Shown here one piece after another: positions 51,601 to 64,000 of a DNA stretch of 64,000 bases. The position numbers and the translations under genes were made by a program. The stretch is from an uncultured bacterium (lineage in GTDB: Bacteria; Acidobacteriota; Thermoanaerobaculia; Multivoradales; JAHZIX01): the NCBI GenBank assembly GCA_965368975.1, contig CBDUPA010000005.1, positions 224,001-288,000 of the forward strand, written 5' to 3'. Within the stretch, counting starts at the first letter, position 1; every line of letters starts with the position of its first letter. The notes under the pieces are model-generated. The model was not told the DNA's origin. It saw nothing but the letters and a program-made list of their open reading frames with translations, and did not search any database.

Positions 51601-52665
51601 GTGCTGGTGACCCGCTATGCCGTCACCGACGCCAAGCAGATCGGTACCCAGGTGTCGATCGGGCGGCCGATTTCCAACTCGCACGCCTACATCGTCGACC
51701 GCCGCCTGCGGCCGGTGCCGCTGGGTGTCGCCGGTGAGCTGTGCTGCGGAGGTGACGGCGTCACCCGCGGCTACCTCGATCGTCCCGGCCTGACCGCCGA
51801 GAAGTTCATCCCTGACGCCTTCAGCGGACAGGCGGGCGAGCGCATCTATCGTACCGGCGACCTGGTGCGCCACCTGCAAGACGGTCGCCTCGACTTCATG
51901 GGGCGTATCGACTTCCAGGTCAAGGTGCGCGGCTTCCGCATCGAGCTGGGGGAGATCGAGGCCAGTCTGAGCAAGCATCCGCACGTGCGCGAGGCGGTGG
52001 TGATCACGCGCAAGGACGTGGCGGGTGACAACCGCCTGGTGGCCTACGTTGTGTTCGATGCCGAGCGGCCGGCGCACGAGCTGCCCGCCGGGCCGCGCGA
52101 GCTGCGCACGGTGATGCAAGAATTCCTGCGCGCGACGCTGCCCGACTACATGGTGCCGGTCGATTACGTGCACCTGACCGAGATGCCGCTGTCGTCCAAC
52201 GGCAAGGTCGACCGCCGCCGTCTGCCCGAGCCCGAGCTGCCCGGCGGCAGCAGCGACGAGGGATACGTGGCGCCAGCCAACGAACTGGAGCAGGTGATCG
52301 CGGGCGTCTGGCAGGAGGTGTTGCAGGTCGACCGCGTTGGCACGCGCGACCACTTCTTCGAACTGGGCGGCAGCTCGCTGCTCATCGCGCGCTTGCGCAG
52401 CCGGCTGCAAGCCGTGCTCGAACGCGAGATCCCGCTGGTCGAGCTGTTCAAGCATCCGACCGTGGCGGCGCAGGCGCAGGCGCTGAGTGCCGGTGGCAGC
52501 ATCGAACCGGCCGCCGCCGAACGCTCGCGTGCGCGCTCCCAGACGCGCCGCGACTCCATGCGCAAACTACAGGAGCGGCGCACGCGCCGTGGTGATCGCG
52601 GCCCGCGCGGTGGTCGTGGCGGCCGGGGTCGTGGTGGTCGCGGTGGGCCGGACGACAAGACCTGA
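36694..52665 (+). CDS. NRPS: FAAL-ACP-(C-A-PCP)x4
   Basis: FAAL ([37 protein letters not shown]); ACP GLDSL; C motifs HHLIADF, HHIAGDG, HHTVADG, HHIASDG; four YTSGSTG.PKG/YGP.E/YRTGD sets; PCP GGHSL x3 and GGSSL. Confidence 0.96.
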   Translation: MEFATLLDVLRARADSYSQQEAFVFLADGEEVGERLTFGQLDRDARALGHRMRAHVGGGLAGERVLLVYPPGLDFIRAYMACFYAGAVAVPAYPPRFNRPQPRLRSILRDARPKLALTVDSIARRVDALARHVPEAAALEWWSTDDGWLQGADADAAAQSWVHPDLGAGDLAFLQYTSGSTSLPKGVMVSHGNLIHNETLIRTAFGHDALGEGPAGEGTATRVVSWLPLYHDMGLIGGILQPLFLGTTCVLMAPMSFLQKPLRWLQAISDWGSKLDLDTTSGGPNFAYELVARRATAEDLQGLDLSRWRVAFNGSEPVRASTLRRFAEVFEPCGFDPKAFFPCYGLAETTLFVTGGVPERGPGGQGAVIESFDDVELGKDRAVELAEAEGGRPLVGSGRTWLDLDVAIVEPDSRRRAAPGTVGEIWVHGPSVAQGYWANPERTRNDFHATIVGEDATRHYLRTGDLGFLHAASHGRAGAQLYVTGRLKDLIILRGRNYYPQDIELTLDDAHPAIRAGCGAAFALEVEGEERLVVVQELERRQEADADGALEAVRHAVSEAHELAVYEVVLLRAGTLPKTTSGKIQRHAARRGYLEESLHIIARSGAAEASNAVSHGSGDVQWEALSRQALDGLDLDAQRQLLETYLVHAAARACGLKAEQVTTDLPLPRLGLDSLAAVELQHRVEGDLELELELAPLLEGVTLGELALRLAKQAARPRTATAAAAEVEMEVPAETASQGQRSLWFLQRLAPESGAYHIAAAARLVANPAGAGFGGVDLDTAALRCALAALALRHGELRASFPGVDGEPRRRRHEDLVPELLEEPVAAAQLVDLAARLALLQECVSRPFDLERGPLLRLFVLRPQAATNQVEESQAAIALLVVHHLIADFWSLGVLARELDILYRHALETPERSAADLAAVLAPLPASYDDHVRWQAQLLAGAKGEAQLRYWRQQLDGLPVLDLPTDRPRPVVQSWAGDTRPMRLGSALSERLHSFSRDRGTTLFVTLLTAWQSLLSRLSGQHDIVVGAPTAGRRQAELAGVVGYFVNPVALRADLRPPRQTNGTPNGAPPGTLSFGELVREGHVRLLEAFANADYPLALLAEHLQPQRDPARPPLFQVMFVLQRAQKPEEQPLGAFALGLPGGRLRLGPSEVESLAWREPYTPFDLVLRSADLVDPEGHRQLGVSLQFNRDLFDGTTIERWLRLWRRFLVAAAAEPSRPVESLNLLSPTERHQLFTEWTDTGAPYPRNASVPARLAEVAAVRPETVAVVGGRMHLSYGELVRRASGLAGELQRRGVRPSNLVAVSTERTADRVVALVAILWSGAAYLPLDARLPAARLNLLLRDARPVLCLADARSRAVWPREEITEDVEAADLEALITGSQGAETAGTSLQQAVGGIRADAEQLAYVLYTSGSTGTPKGVAVAHRSILRLVTASLGGDANYMDFTPHDTFLQLSSLSFDTSTFELWGSLLSGSRLVMLPGHGAPVLTELRRELTQQQVSALWLTAGLFHQVIEEDVAMLARLRVLMSGGDVLSPPHLRRLLAAFPGLRMVNGYGPTENTTYTSCHVMTGGPEAIPPGSVPIGRPVAATTAVVVDHAGRPVPLGVAGELWTGGDGVAVGYYARPAQTASVFVPDPFGASVAVPSQGTHSGVPLQAGSLAPDGGARLYRTGDLVRWRADGVLQFFGRIDRQVKIRGFRIEPGEIEAALSQHPAVREAAVVVLRPSGGAILVGCLVLEDSELENGQQLADGDLREHLGGRLPEYMVPSRFAYFDVLPLNTSGKVDRNELARRLPALLAEQAPAEGDAPRTPTEKLIAELMAELLEHGTGGATLGRDVDFFALGGHSLMATRLISRLHAALGVEIPLRLLFEAPTPARLGTAVDAQVKAQGGSVLPALEPVARPERPALSPAQHRLWLLDRLHPGSPAYNIPGRLHLRAESTVAGRSSGGLDVEKLEAALRQIVERHEVLRTVYPTGDDGEPWQQIQPRVETALPVLDLSHLAAADQQREAGRLARQEALRAFDLVAGPVVRWLLVRQDAVGQDLLLTLHHIAGDGWSLGVLVRELEALYRGDDLPPLPVQYVDFAAWQLDWLQTGAAVARDLAWWRDELAGVEALPLPTDHPRPATPSYRGGAVPIALDSERGGAASARLDAFARERGVTAFMVLSAVLQVLLGRLANQADVPLGTPVAGRAHPRTESLIGFFVNTLVLRADLGGDPTFGSLLEQVRRSTLDALAHQAVPFEQLVNELTGTAASRRDLAQTPLFQVMLALNNAPFRAPVLPGLDVEASAVEAATQKFDLTLSLAETPGGGLRGALGYASDLFERTTAERWAAHFQRLLAAALAHPETRLSELLMLSDSERREILSWSAEASTADVPAEDVPAAENATVPAWIAAQAVLTSEAPAVRLVGGDAVLSYAELDARAAALGARLRALGAGPESVIAVLAERVPAALVAFLGVWKAGAAFLPLDPADPHERLRFVLHDAAPLALVAAGDVAEILAALESEVPVVEIESEVGAPHGGGSPDASAQDGSSALIERDHLAYVLYTSGSTGRPKGAGIHHGALADYMAWAKRELLEGVTAIPATTRFSFDAAWKQLFGPLLGGGCVRLWPSELVQDPPRALQALANGTDTVAFNGVPSLWRALLLAAEAGDGPVPTHLRRLLLGGAALPIELVRRTHALLPGVDIVNLYGPTETTANASASRVTADARSVTLGRPAARLRLHVLRLAGAAVPLAEPLPEGVPGELCIGGSGVARGYLGRPGLTAARFVPDPFVGTGSRLYRTGDLVRWRCRSEDQHASGGPAEPEFLGRLDHQVKIRGLRLELGEIEAQLQSHPAVRAVVALVARREEGSSDQLVAFVEAPELAARPPQQIDAEAAVLRDFLRGRVPEAAVPSALWIVDALPRLAGGAGGKVDRRTLAAEAPSRLAETTAAIQTHELSPAEQILAGIFAEVLGVPVESVGARDDFFELGGHSLLATQVTSRIQKAFGVDVPLRRLFEAPRLSELATAVEAELREGRPAPPPLVRVSRAGRLPLSFAQQRLWLLDHLNPGSPAYNIPIAVALEGDLDVEALEAALVALVVRHEVLRTRFPVVVRENGTEQPYQEICEPAFELEVVEARAQDVADIVREEGRRPFHLAMGPLLRGMLVRESKTSGSAVLLLTLHHTVADGWSTGILLRELQALYADASSEALSEGRAKLPPLPVQYADFATWQRGWLQAQDLEERSVLDVQIDFWRRQLGDAPALDLPTDRPRPAVRALAGATLPVHLPATLVRGLEALARHQGATLFMVLLAGFQALLSRWVGLMRDADAPVNVGSPVAGRRVAETEGLIGLFVNTLVLSGDLADGPDFVELLARTRRVTLDAYAHQDVPFEKLVEALVPRRDTAVTPLFQVLLALQNAPMPALELTREGEHGAQTVTLRPLDPDTATSKFDLSLLLRPERSGNADAAKRGLSGGLEYDTALFDATTMLRLWHAFERLLHGIVASPQSAVATLSLFGRAERHHLLYEWPPGAALPERLDGPPSTLHELVLAQIQRTPDDTAILTAQRPESGGTQTDKAKSPLIRWSYRRLDAESARVAAHVRRLGVGPEVTVGVSMRRTPALVASILGILRAGGAYVPLDPAYPPERRAFMLEDAQISMLLTERDLQPPADLACPLILIEDILTPWQAPEVEAGTPEADTHPPTQGTHMGVPLPRSGSDSRVGAAPESQLAHIFCTDVCPDNLAYSIYTSGSTGRPKGIAICHRTAVNMLRWSYTVWSKEELGAMFAGTSINFDISVFETFAPLTTGGIMTIGDDALDLAGHPAADRIKLVNTVPSAVAELVRLQAIPPSATTVNLAGEAVPRKLLRQLEKLPNTPRAVNLYGPSEDTTYSTWAIISDVRHGVVNREDDTSAVSVGRLISGSYGYLVDRRGQLVPLGVPGELYIGGGGVTRGYLQRPALTADRYMPDWVTPASAASATTTAQGGARLYRTGDLIRWRTDAELEFLGRIDHQVKIRGFRIELGEIESQLDLHPGVSECVVVVRETSSGDRRLVAYVARQLVVEASVSDGSQTGIFQGLPDADELRRYLRARLPEAMVPSLFQFLSALPRNPNGKVDRRSLPAPEWNLAAVHTDGEYVAPRTPMEELLASIWAETLGLDRVGVEDDFFALGGHSLLATQVMSRVRHSCRVDLPLARLFEAPTVARLAREVDAERSVGQLSAVSIEPVPHEGLLPLSFAQERLWFLDQLQPGDSVYNMPLAVHLEGDLAVRSLSCTLGEIVRRHEVLRTSFTEHDSTPMQEVQPLQPWQLPMIDLHALGEVPALVRSLAYTEARRPFDLTRVPMLRGVLVRTASDHVLLLNMHHIASDGWSMGVLLREVAALYGAYREERSSPLPELGLQYADFAVWQRKHLPGEVFDAQLAYWKKQLAGLREVPDLPYDRQRQALQSSNGAACSFDLDAAFVAELRRLSREQGATLFMLLATAFQVLLYRITQSADVAFGMPIAGRNRRQLEELIGFFVNTLVLRTDLSGAPSFNDALHRVRQVALDAYAHQDLPFERLVDNLKPSRDLSHQPLFQVMFAYQNAPMGVLELPDLRLSTLEIESQIAKFDLSLGIEERGERLTAVLSYNTDLFDGVTARRLVRGLRRLLESAVVEPTRAVTALDLVDKAERHQMVLEWNDTHTDYPRQTPIHHLVEVGATNQPHNIALVLDDGVTGTEWLSYGELDRRANRLARWLRSVGVGPDVRVGVLMERCLELVIGLLAIHKAGGCYVPMGPDYPPERLSFMRDDSRISVLFTHEVLRDKVPPGTDMPVFYIDSDWHRIESLDDSLVRHWCHADNLAYIIYTSGSTGRPKGVMVNHRSVVRLLRKTNYLNYHANHIYMFSGPAAFDVSTVEIWGPLVHCATLVVLAGQQVTVDFLATAILRHEINTAWLVTGLYHAMVDEKLDVLANLRCIETGGDVVRPGKSRQLLQRADEAFEHKLTLINSYGPTEGTVLVTRYAVTDAKQIGTQVSIGRPISNSHAYIVDRRLRPVPLGVAGELCCGGDGVTRGYLDRPGLTAEKFIPDAFSGQAGERIYRTGDLVRHLQDGRLDFMGRIDFQVKVRGFRIELGEIEASLSKHPHVREAVVITRKDVAGDNRLVAYVVFDAERPAHELPAGPRELRTVMQEFLRATLPDYMVPVDYVHLTEMPLSSNGKVDRRRLPEPELPGGSSDEGYVAPANELEQVIAGVWQEVLQVDRVGTRDHFFELGGSSLLIARLRSRLQAVLEREIPLVELFKHPTVAAQAQALSAGGSIEPAAAERSRARSQTRRDSMRKLQERRTRRGDRGPRGGRGGRGRGGRGGPDDKT
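41626..41653 (-). repeat. GTAG-type REP-like palindrome inside NRPS A1
   Basis: cagggcacccacagcggggtgcccctac; stem gggcaccc/gggtgccc with GTAG on the minus strand. Confidence 0.7.
47740..47798. repeat. Second REP-like copy plus inverted half-partner inside NRPS A3
   Basis: cagggcacccacatgggggtgcccctac (26/28 identical to the 41626 copy), then gtaggggc at 47791-98. Confidence 0.7.
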
Positions 52666-52686
52666 GAGCGAAACGTTGCTAAGCTC

Positions 52687-52718
52687 GGAGGGAGCGCCGC
52701 CCGTGGGCGTCGTTCCTC
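52687..52718 (+). repeat. Intergenic hairpin between NRPS and PKS (GGAG-prefixed, REP-like or RNA-stabilising)
   Basis: ggag-ggagcgccgcc-cgtg-ggcgtcgttcc-tc. Confidence 0.4.
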
Positions 52719-52799
52719 GCCTGCAACTACCCTCCCTCCTGAGCTTGAACCTGAACTGCTAGCTACCTCGGCCCCTGAGCCGAGTATCTCGGAGATCCC

Positions 52800-55700
52800 A
52801 TGAGCGACTACGAGCAAGGCGCCACTACGGAAGCCAGTATGGACACAAGCGCGGAAGGCATCGCCATTATCGGCTTGGCCGGCCGTTTTCCCGGCGCCCG
52901 CGATATCGAGGCCTTCTGGCGCAATCTACGTGATGGTGTGGAGTCCATCACCTTTTTCACGCCCGAGCAGCTGCAGGAAGCCGGCCTCGACCCGGCGATC
53001 CTGGAGCAGCCGAATTTCGTGGCCGCCAACGGTATGCTCGAAGACATTGATCGCTTCGACGCCGCCTTCTTTGGCTACACGCCGCGGGAAGCACAACTGA
53101 TCGATCCGCAGCAGCGCCTGTTCCTGGAGTGCGCGCAGCACACGCTCGAGCACGCCGGCTACGATCCGGCACGCTTCGACGGCCGCATCGGCCTGTTCGG
53201 CGGTGCCGGCGCCAACTACTATCTGCTCGGCAACCTGGTCAACAACCGGGCGCTGATCGAAGAGATCGGCGTGCTGCAGATTCTGCTGGCCAACGAGGGG
53301 GACTACCTGTGCTCGCGCGTTTCCTACAAGCTCGATCTACGCGGCCCCGTGGCCCTGGTGCAGAGCGCGTGCTCGACCGCCCTGGTTTCGGTGCACATGG
53401 CCTGCCAGTCGTTGCTCACTGGCGAGTGCGAAATGGCGCTGGCCGGCGGTGTCTCGATCGGCCTGCCGCAGGACCAGGGCTACTTCTACACCGAGGGCGG
53501 CATCCTGTCGCGCGATGGCCATTGCCGTAGCTTCGACGCCAGCTCCACCGGCACGGTCAACGGCAACGGTGTCGGCCTGGTGGCGCTCAAACGGTTGGAA
53601 GATGCACTCGAAGACGGCGACGTCGTGCACGCCGTGCTCCTGGGCTCGGCGATCAACAACGACGGCGCTTCTAAGGTCGGCTTCACGGCGCCCAGTGTCG
53701 AGTGCCAGAGCGAGGTGGTGGGCGAGGCCCTGGGAGTCACTGGCGTCGACGCCGAGACGATCGCCTACATCGAGACCCACGGCAGCGGTACCGCGCTCGG
53801 CGACCCGATCGAGGCGCAGGCACTGATCGACGCCTACGCCGACCACGCCGAGACCAGCGGCTACTGCGGTATCGGCTCGGTCAAGTCGAACATCGGCCAC
53901 ACCAACGCTGCCGCTGGCGTCGCCGGCCTGATCAAGGTGGTGCAGGGGCTCGAACACGGAGAGATCCCGCCCAGCCTGCACTTCGAGCAACTCAACCCCG
54001 AGATCGACTTCACCGACACGCCCTTTTTCGTCAATGCCGAGCTGCGTCCGTGGCCGCGCCTCAAGGATCAGCCCCGGCGCGCCGCCATCAGTTCCTTCGG
54101 CCTCGGTGGTACCAACGCGCACGCCATCGTCCAGGAAGCACCGGCCGTCGAGCCGTCGGGCCCGTCGCGCGGTCATCAGCTGCTGCTCGTCTCGGCACGT
54201 AGCGAGGCGGCGCTGGACGCGGCGACGCGCAATCTCGCCGACCACCTGCAAGCACATCCGGACCTGAAGCTCGCCGACGCCGCCTTCACGCTGCAACTCG
54301 GTCGCGCCGAGATGGACATGCGGCGTGCCGTGGTGGTGCGCGACGATGGCGGTGAGGCCGGCAAGAAGGCGGCCATCGAAGCGCTGCGCGCCGAGCCGGT
54401 GGCCACCAAGGTGGACAAGGACACGCGCCCCGTCGTCTTCTTGTTGCCTGGCCTGGGTGACCACTACGTGCAGCTGGGGCGCCGTCTCTACGAGGACGAG
54501 CCGACCTTCCGCGAGGACTTCGACGCCTGTGCCGAGGGCCTGCTCGAACCGTTGGGCGTCGACATCCGCGAGATCCTGTTCCCGGGCGCTGCGCCGCCCG
54601 AGCCGACAGACGAAGAAGCCGCCGCCGGCACCGACTTCAAGGCCCTGCTGCGCCGCGGCGGCGGTGAGGTCGACGAGGCGACCGCGCGCCTCAACCGCAC
54701 CGTGCACGCGCAGCCGGCGCTGTTCGCCGTCGAGTACGCGCTGGCACGGCTGCTGATGGATTGGGGCCTCGAGCCTTCGGGCCTGATTGGCTACAGCCTC
54801 GGCGAGTACGTCGCCGCCTGCCTGGCCGGTGTGCTCGAGCTCGACGACGCGTTGGCCCTGGTGGCCAAGCGCGCGCGCCTGATCGACGATTTGCCCGAGG
54901 GTGCCATGCTGGCGGTGCCGCTGCCTGAGAGCGAGCTGCTACCCAAGCTGAAGAAGCACCCGGACCTCGACCTGTGTGCCACCAACGGCCCCAACCTGAG
55001 CGTCGCGGGCGGTCCGGTGCCGGCGGTCGATGCGCTGGAACAGGAACTGCAAGCGGCCGGTGTCACCTGCATCCGCCTGACCACCACCCACGCCTTCCAT
55101 ACGCGCATGATGGCGCCGGTCGCCGAGGCGCTGACTGAGCTGGCTAGCGGTTTCGAGCTGCAGACGCCCGAGATCCCGCTGCTGTCCAACGTCACCGGCA
55201 CCTGGCTGAGCGACGCCGATGCTACCGATCCCGCCTACTGGGCGCGTCACCTGTGCGGCACCGTGCGCTTCGCCGAGAGCCTGAGCGAGCTGCTCAAGGA
55301 CGCGCGCCGCTTGCTGATCGAGTTGGGACCGGGCAACGCTCTCGGTACCCTGATCAAGCAGCACCCGAGCGTCAAGCCGGAGCAGGTGGTGATCTCGGCC
55401 TTGCGCCACCAGAGCGAGCGCCGTTCGGACGTCGCCCACTTGCTGCGCGCCCTCGGCCACGCCTGGCTGGCCGGCGCCCGCATCGACTGGCACGGCTTCT
55501 ATGCCCACGAGACACGCCGCCGTGTCGTGCTGCCCGGCTATCCCTTCGAGCGTCGGCGCTACTGGATCGATCCCAACCCGGCCGAGAGCGGTGCTGCCGG
55601 CAAGCGCGGCCGTGCGGGTTCCGGAGGCGGCCAGGTCGGCATCGCTGAGATGCGCAAGGGCAAGTTGCCGCTGGCCGACTGGTTCTATCTACCATCCTGG

Positions 55701-57746
55701 CGCCAGACGCCCACCCGCCTGCCGGCCGACGGTCGCGCACCCGAGGACGCCATGGAGACCGGCCGCTGGCTGATCTTCCTCGAAGCTGACTCTGACGCGC
55801 ACGGCGTCGGCGGTGACCTTCTGCGCCGCCTGCGTGCCGCGGGTCATGACGTCATCGGTGTGCGAGCTGGCGACGCCTATGCCGCCGCGTCCGAAGGGGG
55901 AGCCGAAGGCGATGGGGTCTTCACCGTGCGTCCGTCTGAGCGCGGCGATTACCTCAGCCTGCTGCGTCAGCTCAAAGAAGATGGGGAGCTATCCCATCAA
56001 GAGCTGCCCAGCCGTATCTTGCACCTGTGGAGCCTGACCGAGGAGCACCCGTCGTTCGACGTGGCGCAAGCGCACGGGCTGCACAGCCTGATGGCCCTGG
56101 TGCAGGCCTACGCCGACATCGACGCTGGTGCTCCGCTGCGCCTCGGCGTGGTCGGCAACCGGTTGCAGGATGTCGCCGGCGGCGAGGGCGTCGAAGCGGA
56201 GAAAGCTCCGCTAGTCGGTGCCTGCAGGGTGATTCCGCAGGAATTGCCGCACGCCTGGGCCGCCGCCATCGACGTCGTGCTGCCGCCGCCCGAAGGCCAG
56301 AACCGGCGTCGCCGGCTGGTCGATCAGCTGCTGGCCGAGATGACCGTCGCGCCGACCAGTGCCGATGCGGCCTGGTCAACGCCGGTGATTGCCCTGCGCG
56401 GTCCGCACCGCTGGGTGCAGGACTTCGAGCCCGTGCCCCTGCCGCCCGCCACGGGCAAGGCAGGCAGCGCTACTGGCGACCAGCCACCACGCCTGCGCCA
56501 GGGCGGTAGCTACCTGGTTACCGATGGCACCAGCGAGCTGGGCCAGGAGTTGACCGAGTTCCTGCTGCGTCGTTTCGGCGCCCAGGTTACCGCGGTGCTG
56601 CCTCCTGGCTGGGGCGAAGATGCCGGTAGCGATGAAGGTGCAGAGCCCCAAGCTGGTGAAGCCCAGCAAGCGATGGCCGCGGCGCTGCGTGAGCGCCAGG
56701 CGCGGGCTCGCGCCCGGCTGGACGGCCTGGCCGAGGAGTTCCCGTCGCTGGTGCTCGAACACCACGATGTCACCGACGCGGCGGCCGTGCGTCAACTGGT
56801 CGACGGCGTGCGCCAGCGCCAGGGTGGCTTGCACGGCGTCCTGCACACTGCCACCGACTTCTCGGGCGGCCTGATCCAGGTCAAGACGACCGCCGACCTG
56901 ACCGCCGTCCACGGCGCCGTGGCGCGCGGTGCCCTGGCCTTGGAAGAGGCTCTGAGCGGCGCCGCCGCGGACACGGCCGTTCCGGACTTCGTGTTGCTGT
57001 CCTCGACCTCGACCGCCGTCACTGGCGGCCTGGGTCAGCTCGACCTGTGCGCCGCGGGTTCCGTCCTCAGCGCCCTGGCCGACCGCCGCGCCGCCGCCGG
57101 CGACAGCCATTGGTTGACCGTCGGCTGGGGTTCCTTCGCCTGGGACCAGTGGGGCTTGCCGGGCATGATGGCCAACCCCGAGCTGCAGAAGCAGGTGCGC
57201 GAGAATCTCGAGACCTACGGTGTCTCGGCCGGCGAGAGCGTCGACGTCTTCCAGCGCGCCCTGGCCAGCCGTCAGCCGCGCCTGGTGGTGTCGACGCAGG
57301 ACTTGCACACCGTCATTGCCAACACCACCGCGGTGACCGCCGAGAGCCTGCTCGAACAGGTGTCACAGACCACCGAGTTGCACCCACGCGGCGACTTGTC
57401 CGTGCCTTACGAGGCGCCGACAGACGACGTCGAGGCGCAGCTGGCGGTCATCTGGCAGCGCCTGTTCGGCATCGACAAGGTCGGCATCCACGACAACTTC
57501 TTCGAACTCGGCGGCTACAGCCTGCTGGGCATCCAGATGGTGACCCAGGTGCGCCAGACCTTCGACTTCGAAATCCAGATCACCGAGCTGTTCGACACCC
57601 CGACCGTCGCCGGCCTGGCCGGGCGCATTCGTGGTGACGAGAGCGAACCGGAACTGGACGAGGACGACATGGCCGACCTGCTGAGCCAGGTCGAAGGCAT
57701 GAGCCCCGAAGACATGGCGGCGCTGCTCGCCGAGAGCGACGGCTGA
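52800..57746 (+). CDS. Single-module type I PKS: KS-AT-KR(degenerate)-ACP
   Basis: IAIIGLAGRFPGA, DPQQR, SACST, HGSGT, KSNIGH; AT GYSLGE and HAFH; KR-like region without the GxGxxG and Tyr motifs; ACP GGYSL. Confidence 0.93.
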   Translation: MSDYEQGATTEASMDTSAEGIAIIGLAGRFPGARDIEAFWRNLRDGVESITFFTPEQLQEAGLDPAILEQPNFVAANGMLEDIDRFDAAFFGYTPREAQLIDPQQRLFLECAQHTLEHAGYDPARFDGRIGLFGGAGANYYLLGNLVNNRALIEEIGVLQILLANEGDYLCSRVSYKLDLRGPVALVQSACSTALVSVHMACQSLLTGECEMALAGGVSIGLPQDQGYFYTEGGILSRDGHCRSFDASSTGTVNGNGVGLVALKRLEDALEDGDVVHAVLLGSAINNDGASKVGFTAPSVECQSEVVGEALGVTGVDAETIAYIETHGSGTALGDPIEAQALIDAYADHAETSGYCGIGSVKSNIGHTNAAAGVAGLIKVVQGLEHGEIPPSLHFEQLNPEIDFTDTPFFVNAELRPWPRLKDQPRRAAISSFGLGGTNAHAIVQEAPAVEPSGPSRGHQLLLVSARSEAALDAATRNLADHLQAHPDLKLADAAFTLQLGRAEMDMRRAVVVRDDGGEAGKKAAIEALRAEPVATKVDKDTRPVVFLLPGLGDHYVQLGRRLYEDEPTFREDFDACAEGLLEPLGVDIREILFPGAAPPEPTDEEAAAGTDFKALLRRGGGEVDEATARLNRTVHAQPALFAVEYALARLLMDWGLEPSGLIGYSLGEYVAACLAGVLELDDALALVAKRARLIDDLPEGAMLAVPLPESELLPKLKKHPDLDLCATNGPNLSVAGGPVPAVDALEQELQAAGVTCIRLTTTHAFHTRMMAPVAEALTELASGFELQTPEIPLLSNVTGTWLSDADATDPAYWARHLCGTVRFAESLSELLKDARRLLIELGPGNALGTLIKQHPSVKPEQVVISALRHQSERRSDVAHLLRALGHAWLAGARIDWHGFYAHETRRRVVLPGYPFERRRYWIDPNPAESGAAGKRGRAGSGGGQVGIAEMRKGKLPLADWFYLPSWRQTPTRLPADGRAPEDAMETGRWLIFLEADSDAHGVGGDLLRRLRAAGHDVIGVRAGDAYAAASEGGAEGDGVFTVRPSERGDYLSLLRQLKEDGELSHQELPSRILHLWSLTEEHPSFDVAQAHGLHSLMALVQAYADIDAGAPLRLGVVGNRLQDVAGGEGVEAEKAPLVGACRVIPQELPHAWAAAIDVVLPPPEGQNRRRRLVDQLLAEMTVAPTSADAAWSTPVIALRGPHRWVQDFEPVPLPPATGKAGSATGDQPPRLRQGGSYLVTDGTSELGQELTEFLLRRFGAQVTAVLPPGWGEDAGSDEGAEPQAGEAQQAMAAALRERQARARARLDGLAEEFPSLVLEHHDVTDAAAVRQLVDGVRQRQGGLHGVLHTATDFSGGLIQVKTTADLTAVHGAVARGALALEEALSGAAADTAVPDFVLLSSTSTAVTGGLGQLDLCAAGSVLSALADRRAAAGDSHWLTVGWGSFAWDQWGLPGMMANPELQKQVRENLETYGVSAGESVDVFQRALASRQPRLVVSTQDLHTVIANTTAVTAESLLEQVSQTTELHPRGDLSVPYEAPTDDVEAQLAVIWQRLFGIDKVGIHDNFFELGGYSLLGIQMVTQVRQTFDFEIQITELFDTPTVAGLAGRIRGDESEPELDEDDMADLLSQVEGMSPEDMAALLAESDG

Positions 57747-57842
57747 GGGACACGCCCGACTGAGTACCCTGAGCACCCTGTATCCAACACTGACTGAAGA
57801 ACTCGACCCCTAGATCGTCGGAAGACCCACAAGAGGACCGCC

Positions 57843-61319
<3,477 letters not shown>

Positions 61320-61440
61320 GGCTTCGCTCGTATCGGCCGCCACGGGTAAGAAACAGCTGTCCCGATCCCAGACTTCCCGAGCACTGTATTTCTGAGGAGT
61401 TCGTATCGCCGGTCAGGATGAAGTAGGGTCTACCTTTCCT

Positions 61441-63813
61441 GTGGATTTACAATTCAAAAAAGCGCTGATCTATTGCGCGTTGTCGTGCCTGGCTTGCGGG
61501 GCTGCTACGGTGCAGGCCGAACTTGGAGACGTGGTGCAGGCACCGGCGCCCGAGCCGGCGGTGGAAGCGGCTCGGTTGGAGGAGGAACTGGCCGGGATCG
61601 AGGGACGCGAGCGTTTGCGTTTGCTCGCGGACCTGGTGGCGATCTACCGTTGCATCGCGCCACATCGAGCCCTGGAGCACGGCGAAGAGGTCCAGGGGCT
61701 GTTGGTACAGCAGGCGCTGACACCCCAGGTCGAAGTGCGATTGCTGACGGACCTCAGTGACAGCGCGTACATCACAGGTCAGAACGATGTCGCGCTGAAT
61801 TGGGCCTACTTTGCCCTGCGTGCGGCGCGGCAGGCCGGGTACGAGTGGGGACGAGCGCAGGCGCTCTGGCGCATGGCGCGCATCCATGGGACAGATCTGG
61901 ATTTTGAGCCGGCGATGCAGACGCTCGAAGAAGTGCAGGCCATCGCGCAGCAACTTCAGTCGCCGGAGCTGCTGTCAGCGTACTACTCGACGTTGGCATT
62001 GACGCACGATTACCAGGGGCACACCCTGGATTTCCGCGAGGCGCTCTACGAGAGCCTGCAGCAGGCACGTCTGGGAGGCGACGAGTTCCAGCTCGGGCTG
62101 GCGCTGCTCAACATGGGTTTCGATTACTCGACTCAACAGAACCCTGATGCCGCGGCAGATTACCTAGAGGAGGCGCTCGCGATCTTCCGCCGCCGCGGCG
62201 ATATCTTCTATATCGCGGCGACGATGGAAGTGTTGGCCGGTGTGCTGCACGCGCAGGGCAAGTCGGGGCAGGCCCTGATGACGGTGACCGAGGCGGAACG
62301 CCTGGGGCGCAAGTTGGGGCACAGTACGGTCGTCGGACGGGCGTTGCTGCAGCTGGCAGAGATTCAGCACGACCTCGGTCTCTCGGAGTCGGCGCTCGAG
62401 ACGATCGAAGGCGGACTGGACCATTGGCGGCGCACAGAGAGTGAGCCGTGGCTCGGTGCGGGGCTGGTGAGCAAGGGGGAATACCTGATCAGCTTGGGAC
62501 GCCCGCGCGAGGCGTTGGAGATCCTGCAGCAAGCTCGAGAGATCTTGGAACGGCTCGACCGCAGGGAGACCTTGTTGTTGGCGATCGAGGTGACGGCGCG
62601 CGCCTATGAGGCGCTGGGTCAGTACGGGGAAGCTCTGGATTCCTACCGGCGCTTCGGGGAGCTGCGGACAGAGCAGGCCGAGGAGGGGAGTCAGGAACAC
62701 ATCGAGGAGCTACAGGCCCGCTTCGAGAGCGCCGAGAAAGATCGCGCCATTGCTGATCTCGAACTGACCCGCGTGCTCGATAGCTCCAAGCTGGCACGGG
62801 AGCGTGGGTGGCGGCGAGTCCTGGTGGGGTCTGCAGTGTTGCTGCTGGGCACGGCCCTTGCGGTGATCTTCGCCTACCTGCTACAGCGTCGTGGACGCGT
62901 TGAGCTGCAGGAGGCTTATGGTCACCTGGATACCGCGCACAAGTCGCTGGAGGCGCACAGCTCGGAGATCCGTGAGCTGGTGCGTGAGAAGGAGGAGCTA
63001 TTCGCCCTCGCCGCCCACGATCTACGAGCGCCCGTGGTCAGCATTCGCGAGGTGTCACAAGATCTGCAGGAAGACTTGCGGCAGGTACCAGATGCGCTGG
63101 AAGCGCTGGCTTCGGCAGGGTTTCCAAGCGAGGCCGAGGCCAGCAACGAGGATCGCCAGCGACTGCTACGGCTCGTCGGTGATGAGATGCCACAGGAGTT
63201 GGGGAAGATCCGCGAAGCGACGGGACGCCTGGAGACCCTGGTCGACGGTCTGCTCAAGTTGTACCGCTTGAGCCGCAACGCGCTGGAAGCGATGCATGTC
63301 GACGTGACGGAGTTGGTCGAACGGGTCGTGGCTTCCTACAGTTTCGAGATCGAGCAGGCGCGAGCCGTGGTTCGGATCGCCAAGTTGCCGGTGGTGGTGG
63401 CGGATCGCACGGCTCTAGAGACGGTGTTTGGCAACCTCTTGCACAATGCCATCAAGTACCTGGACCCGGAGCGCCCGGCGGAGATCGAGGTGAGCTGCGA
63501 GCGCCGCCGCGGCGAGACGGTGTTCCACGTCCACGACAACGGACGTGGCATCGCGGCCGACGACGTGGAGCGCGTGTTCAAGGTCTTCGCTCGCGTCGGG
63601 TCGCAGGACCAGCCAGGGGAAGGCATCGGCCTGGCGGCGGCGCGCACGCTCGTTCGCCGTCACGGAGGGTTTCTGTGGTGCACTTCACGGGAGGGTGAGG
63701 GCAGTACCTTCAGCTTCAGCCTGCCCGATGAGCCGCGACACGCGACGATCGCCATCCCTCGACCGAGACGGTTGGACACCGGTTCCTGGGAGGTCCGCGG
63801 TGCTGCGAGCTGA
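61441..63813 (+). CDS. TPR-sensor membrane histidine kinase
   Basis: Signal peptide, helical TPR-like repeats, one TM (VLVGSAVLLLGTALAVIFAYL), AAHDLRAP, NLLHNAIKY, DNGRGI, GEGIGLA, GEGSTF. Confidence 0.9.
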   Translation: MDLQFKKALIYCALSCLACGAATVQAELGDVVQAPAPEPAVEAARLEEELAGIEGRERLRLLADLVAIYRCIAPHRALEHGEEVQGLLVQQALTPQVEVRLLTDLSDSAYITGQNDVALNWAYFALRAARQAGYEWGRAQALWRMARIHGTDLDFEPAMQTLEEVQAIAQQLQSPELLSAYYSTLALTHDYQGHTLDFREALYESLQQARLGGDEFQLGLALLNMGFDYSTQQNPDAAADYLEEALAIFRRRGDIFYIAATMEVLAGVLHAQGKSGQALMTVTEAERLGRKLGHSTVVGRALLQLAEIQHDLGLSESALETIEGGLDHWRRTESEPWLGAGLVSKGEYLISLGRPREALEILQQAREILERLDRRETLLLAIEVTARAYEALGQYGEALDSYRRFGELRTEQAEEGSQEHIEELQARFESAEKDRAIADLELTRVLDSSKLARERGWRRVLVGSAVLLLGTALAVIFAYLLQRRGRVELQEAYGHLDTAHKSLEAHSSEIRELVREKEELFALAAHDLRAPVVSIREVSQDLQEDLRQVPDALEALASAGFPSEAEASNEDRQRLLRLVGDEMPQELGKIREATGRLETLVDGLLKLYRLSRNALEAMHVDVTELVERVVASYSFEIEQARAVVRIAKLPVVVADRTALETVFGNLLHNAIKYLDPERPAEIEVSCERRRGETVFHVHDNGRGIAADDVERVFKVFARVGSQDQPGEGIGLAAARTLVRRHGGFLWCTSREGEGSTFSFSLPDEPRHATIAIPRPRRLDTGSWEVRGAAS

Positions 63814-64000
63814 TCTGCCGTCGGCGGTTCTGCTGATGGTGGTGTCGGTCGTTGTCGTCGCCTCGCAGACCTCCCCGGAAATTCAGCCACTGTCCGTCCC
63901 GGCGGCGCCCGCCTTTCCCTCGGAGACCTTGCCAGACGGGTTGTCAGAGGTGCCTGATGTACCGGACCTGGACATCCCCGAACTCGAGGCGCAGCTCGAG
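63800..64000 (+). CDS. 5' part of an exported protein (runs off the window; absent from the ORF track)
   Basis: GGAGG (63789-93), GTG 63800, open to the edge: MLRADLPSAVLLMVVSVVVVASQT...DIPELEAQLE; overlaps the kinase stop by 14 nt. Confidence 0.6.
   Translation, partial: MLRADLPSAVLLMVVSVVVVASQTSPEIQPLSVPAAPAFPSETLPDGLSEVPDVPDLDIPELEAQLE

Noticed and set aside
57760-57780. ctgagtacc-ctgagcacc-ctg repeat as a CRISPR or operator
   Set aside because: Only a 9-bp tandem duplication with no spacers.

Overview
High-GC bacterial chromosomal window; gene content and peptide style suggest Acidobacteriota such as Thermoanaerobaculia, which is inference only. Left to right: (1) a visibly lower-GC island (~100-3500) with a TIR + caspase/gingipain(C25)-fold fusion facing a stand-alone paralogue tail-to-tail; (2) a CRTAC1/ASPIC-UnbV protein coupled to an ABC-2 exporter; (3) a PAS-PAS-GGDEF-EAL gene and two GT4 glycosyltransferases; (4) yceD-rpmF-plsX-fabD-fabG-acpP-fabF, with no fabH; (5) a tightly packed string Elp3 - alpha/beta hydrolase - RapA-like SNF2 - Trm9/ALKBH8-like methyltransferase, then a vapBC pair; (6) two PilT-family ATPases (one fused to HEAT repeats), BCCP and biotin carboxylase; (7) a 44-aa double-glycine RiPP-type precursor missing from the ORF track; (8) a cysteine-desulfurase-like gene and a ~24.6-kb FAAL-NRPS / PKS / NRPS lipopeptide line with no thioesterase; (9) a TPR sensor histidine kinase and the start of another exported protein. 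Best candidates for new biology: an Elp3+Trm9-like (cm5U to mcm5U) tRNA wobble pathway in a bacterium, the orphan RiPP precursor, the TIR-C25/C25 pair, and REP-like palindromes inserted in frame into NRPS A domains. No rRNA, tRNA, CRISPR array, integrase or transposase was recognised.
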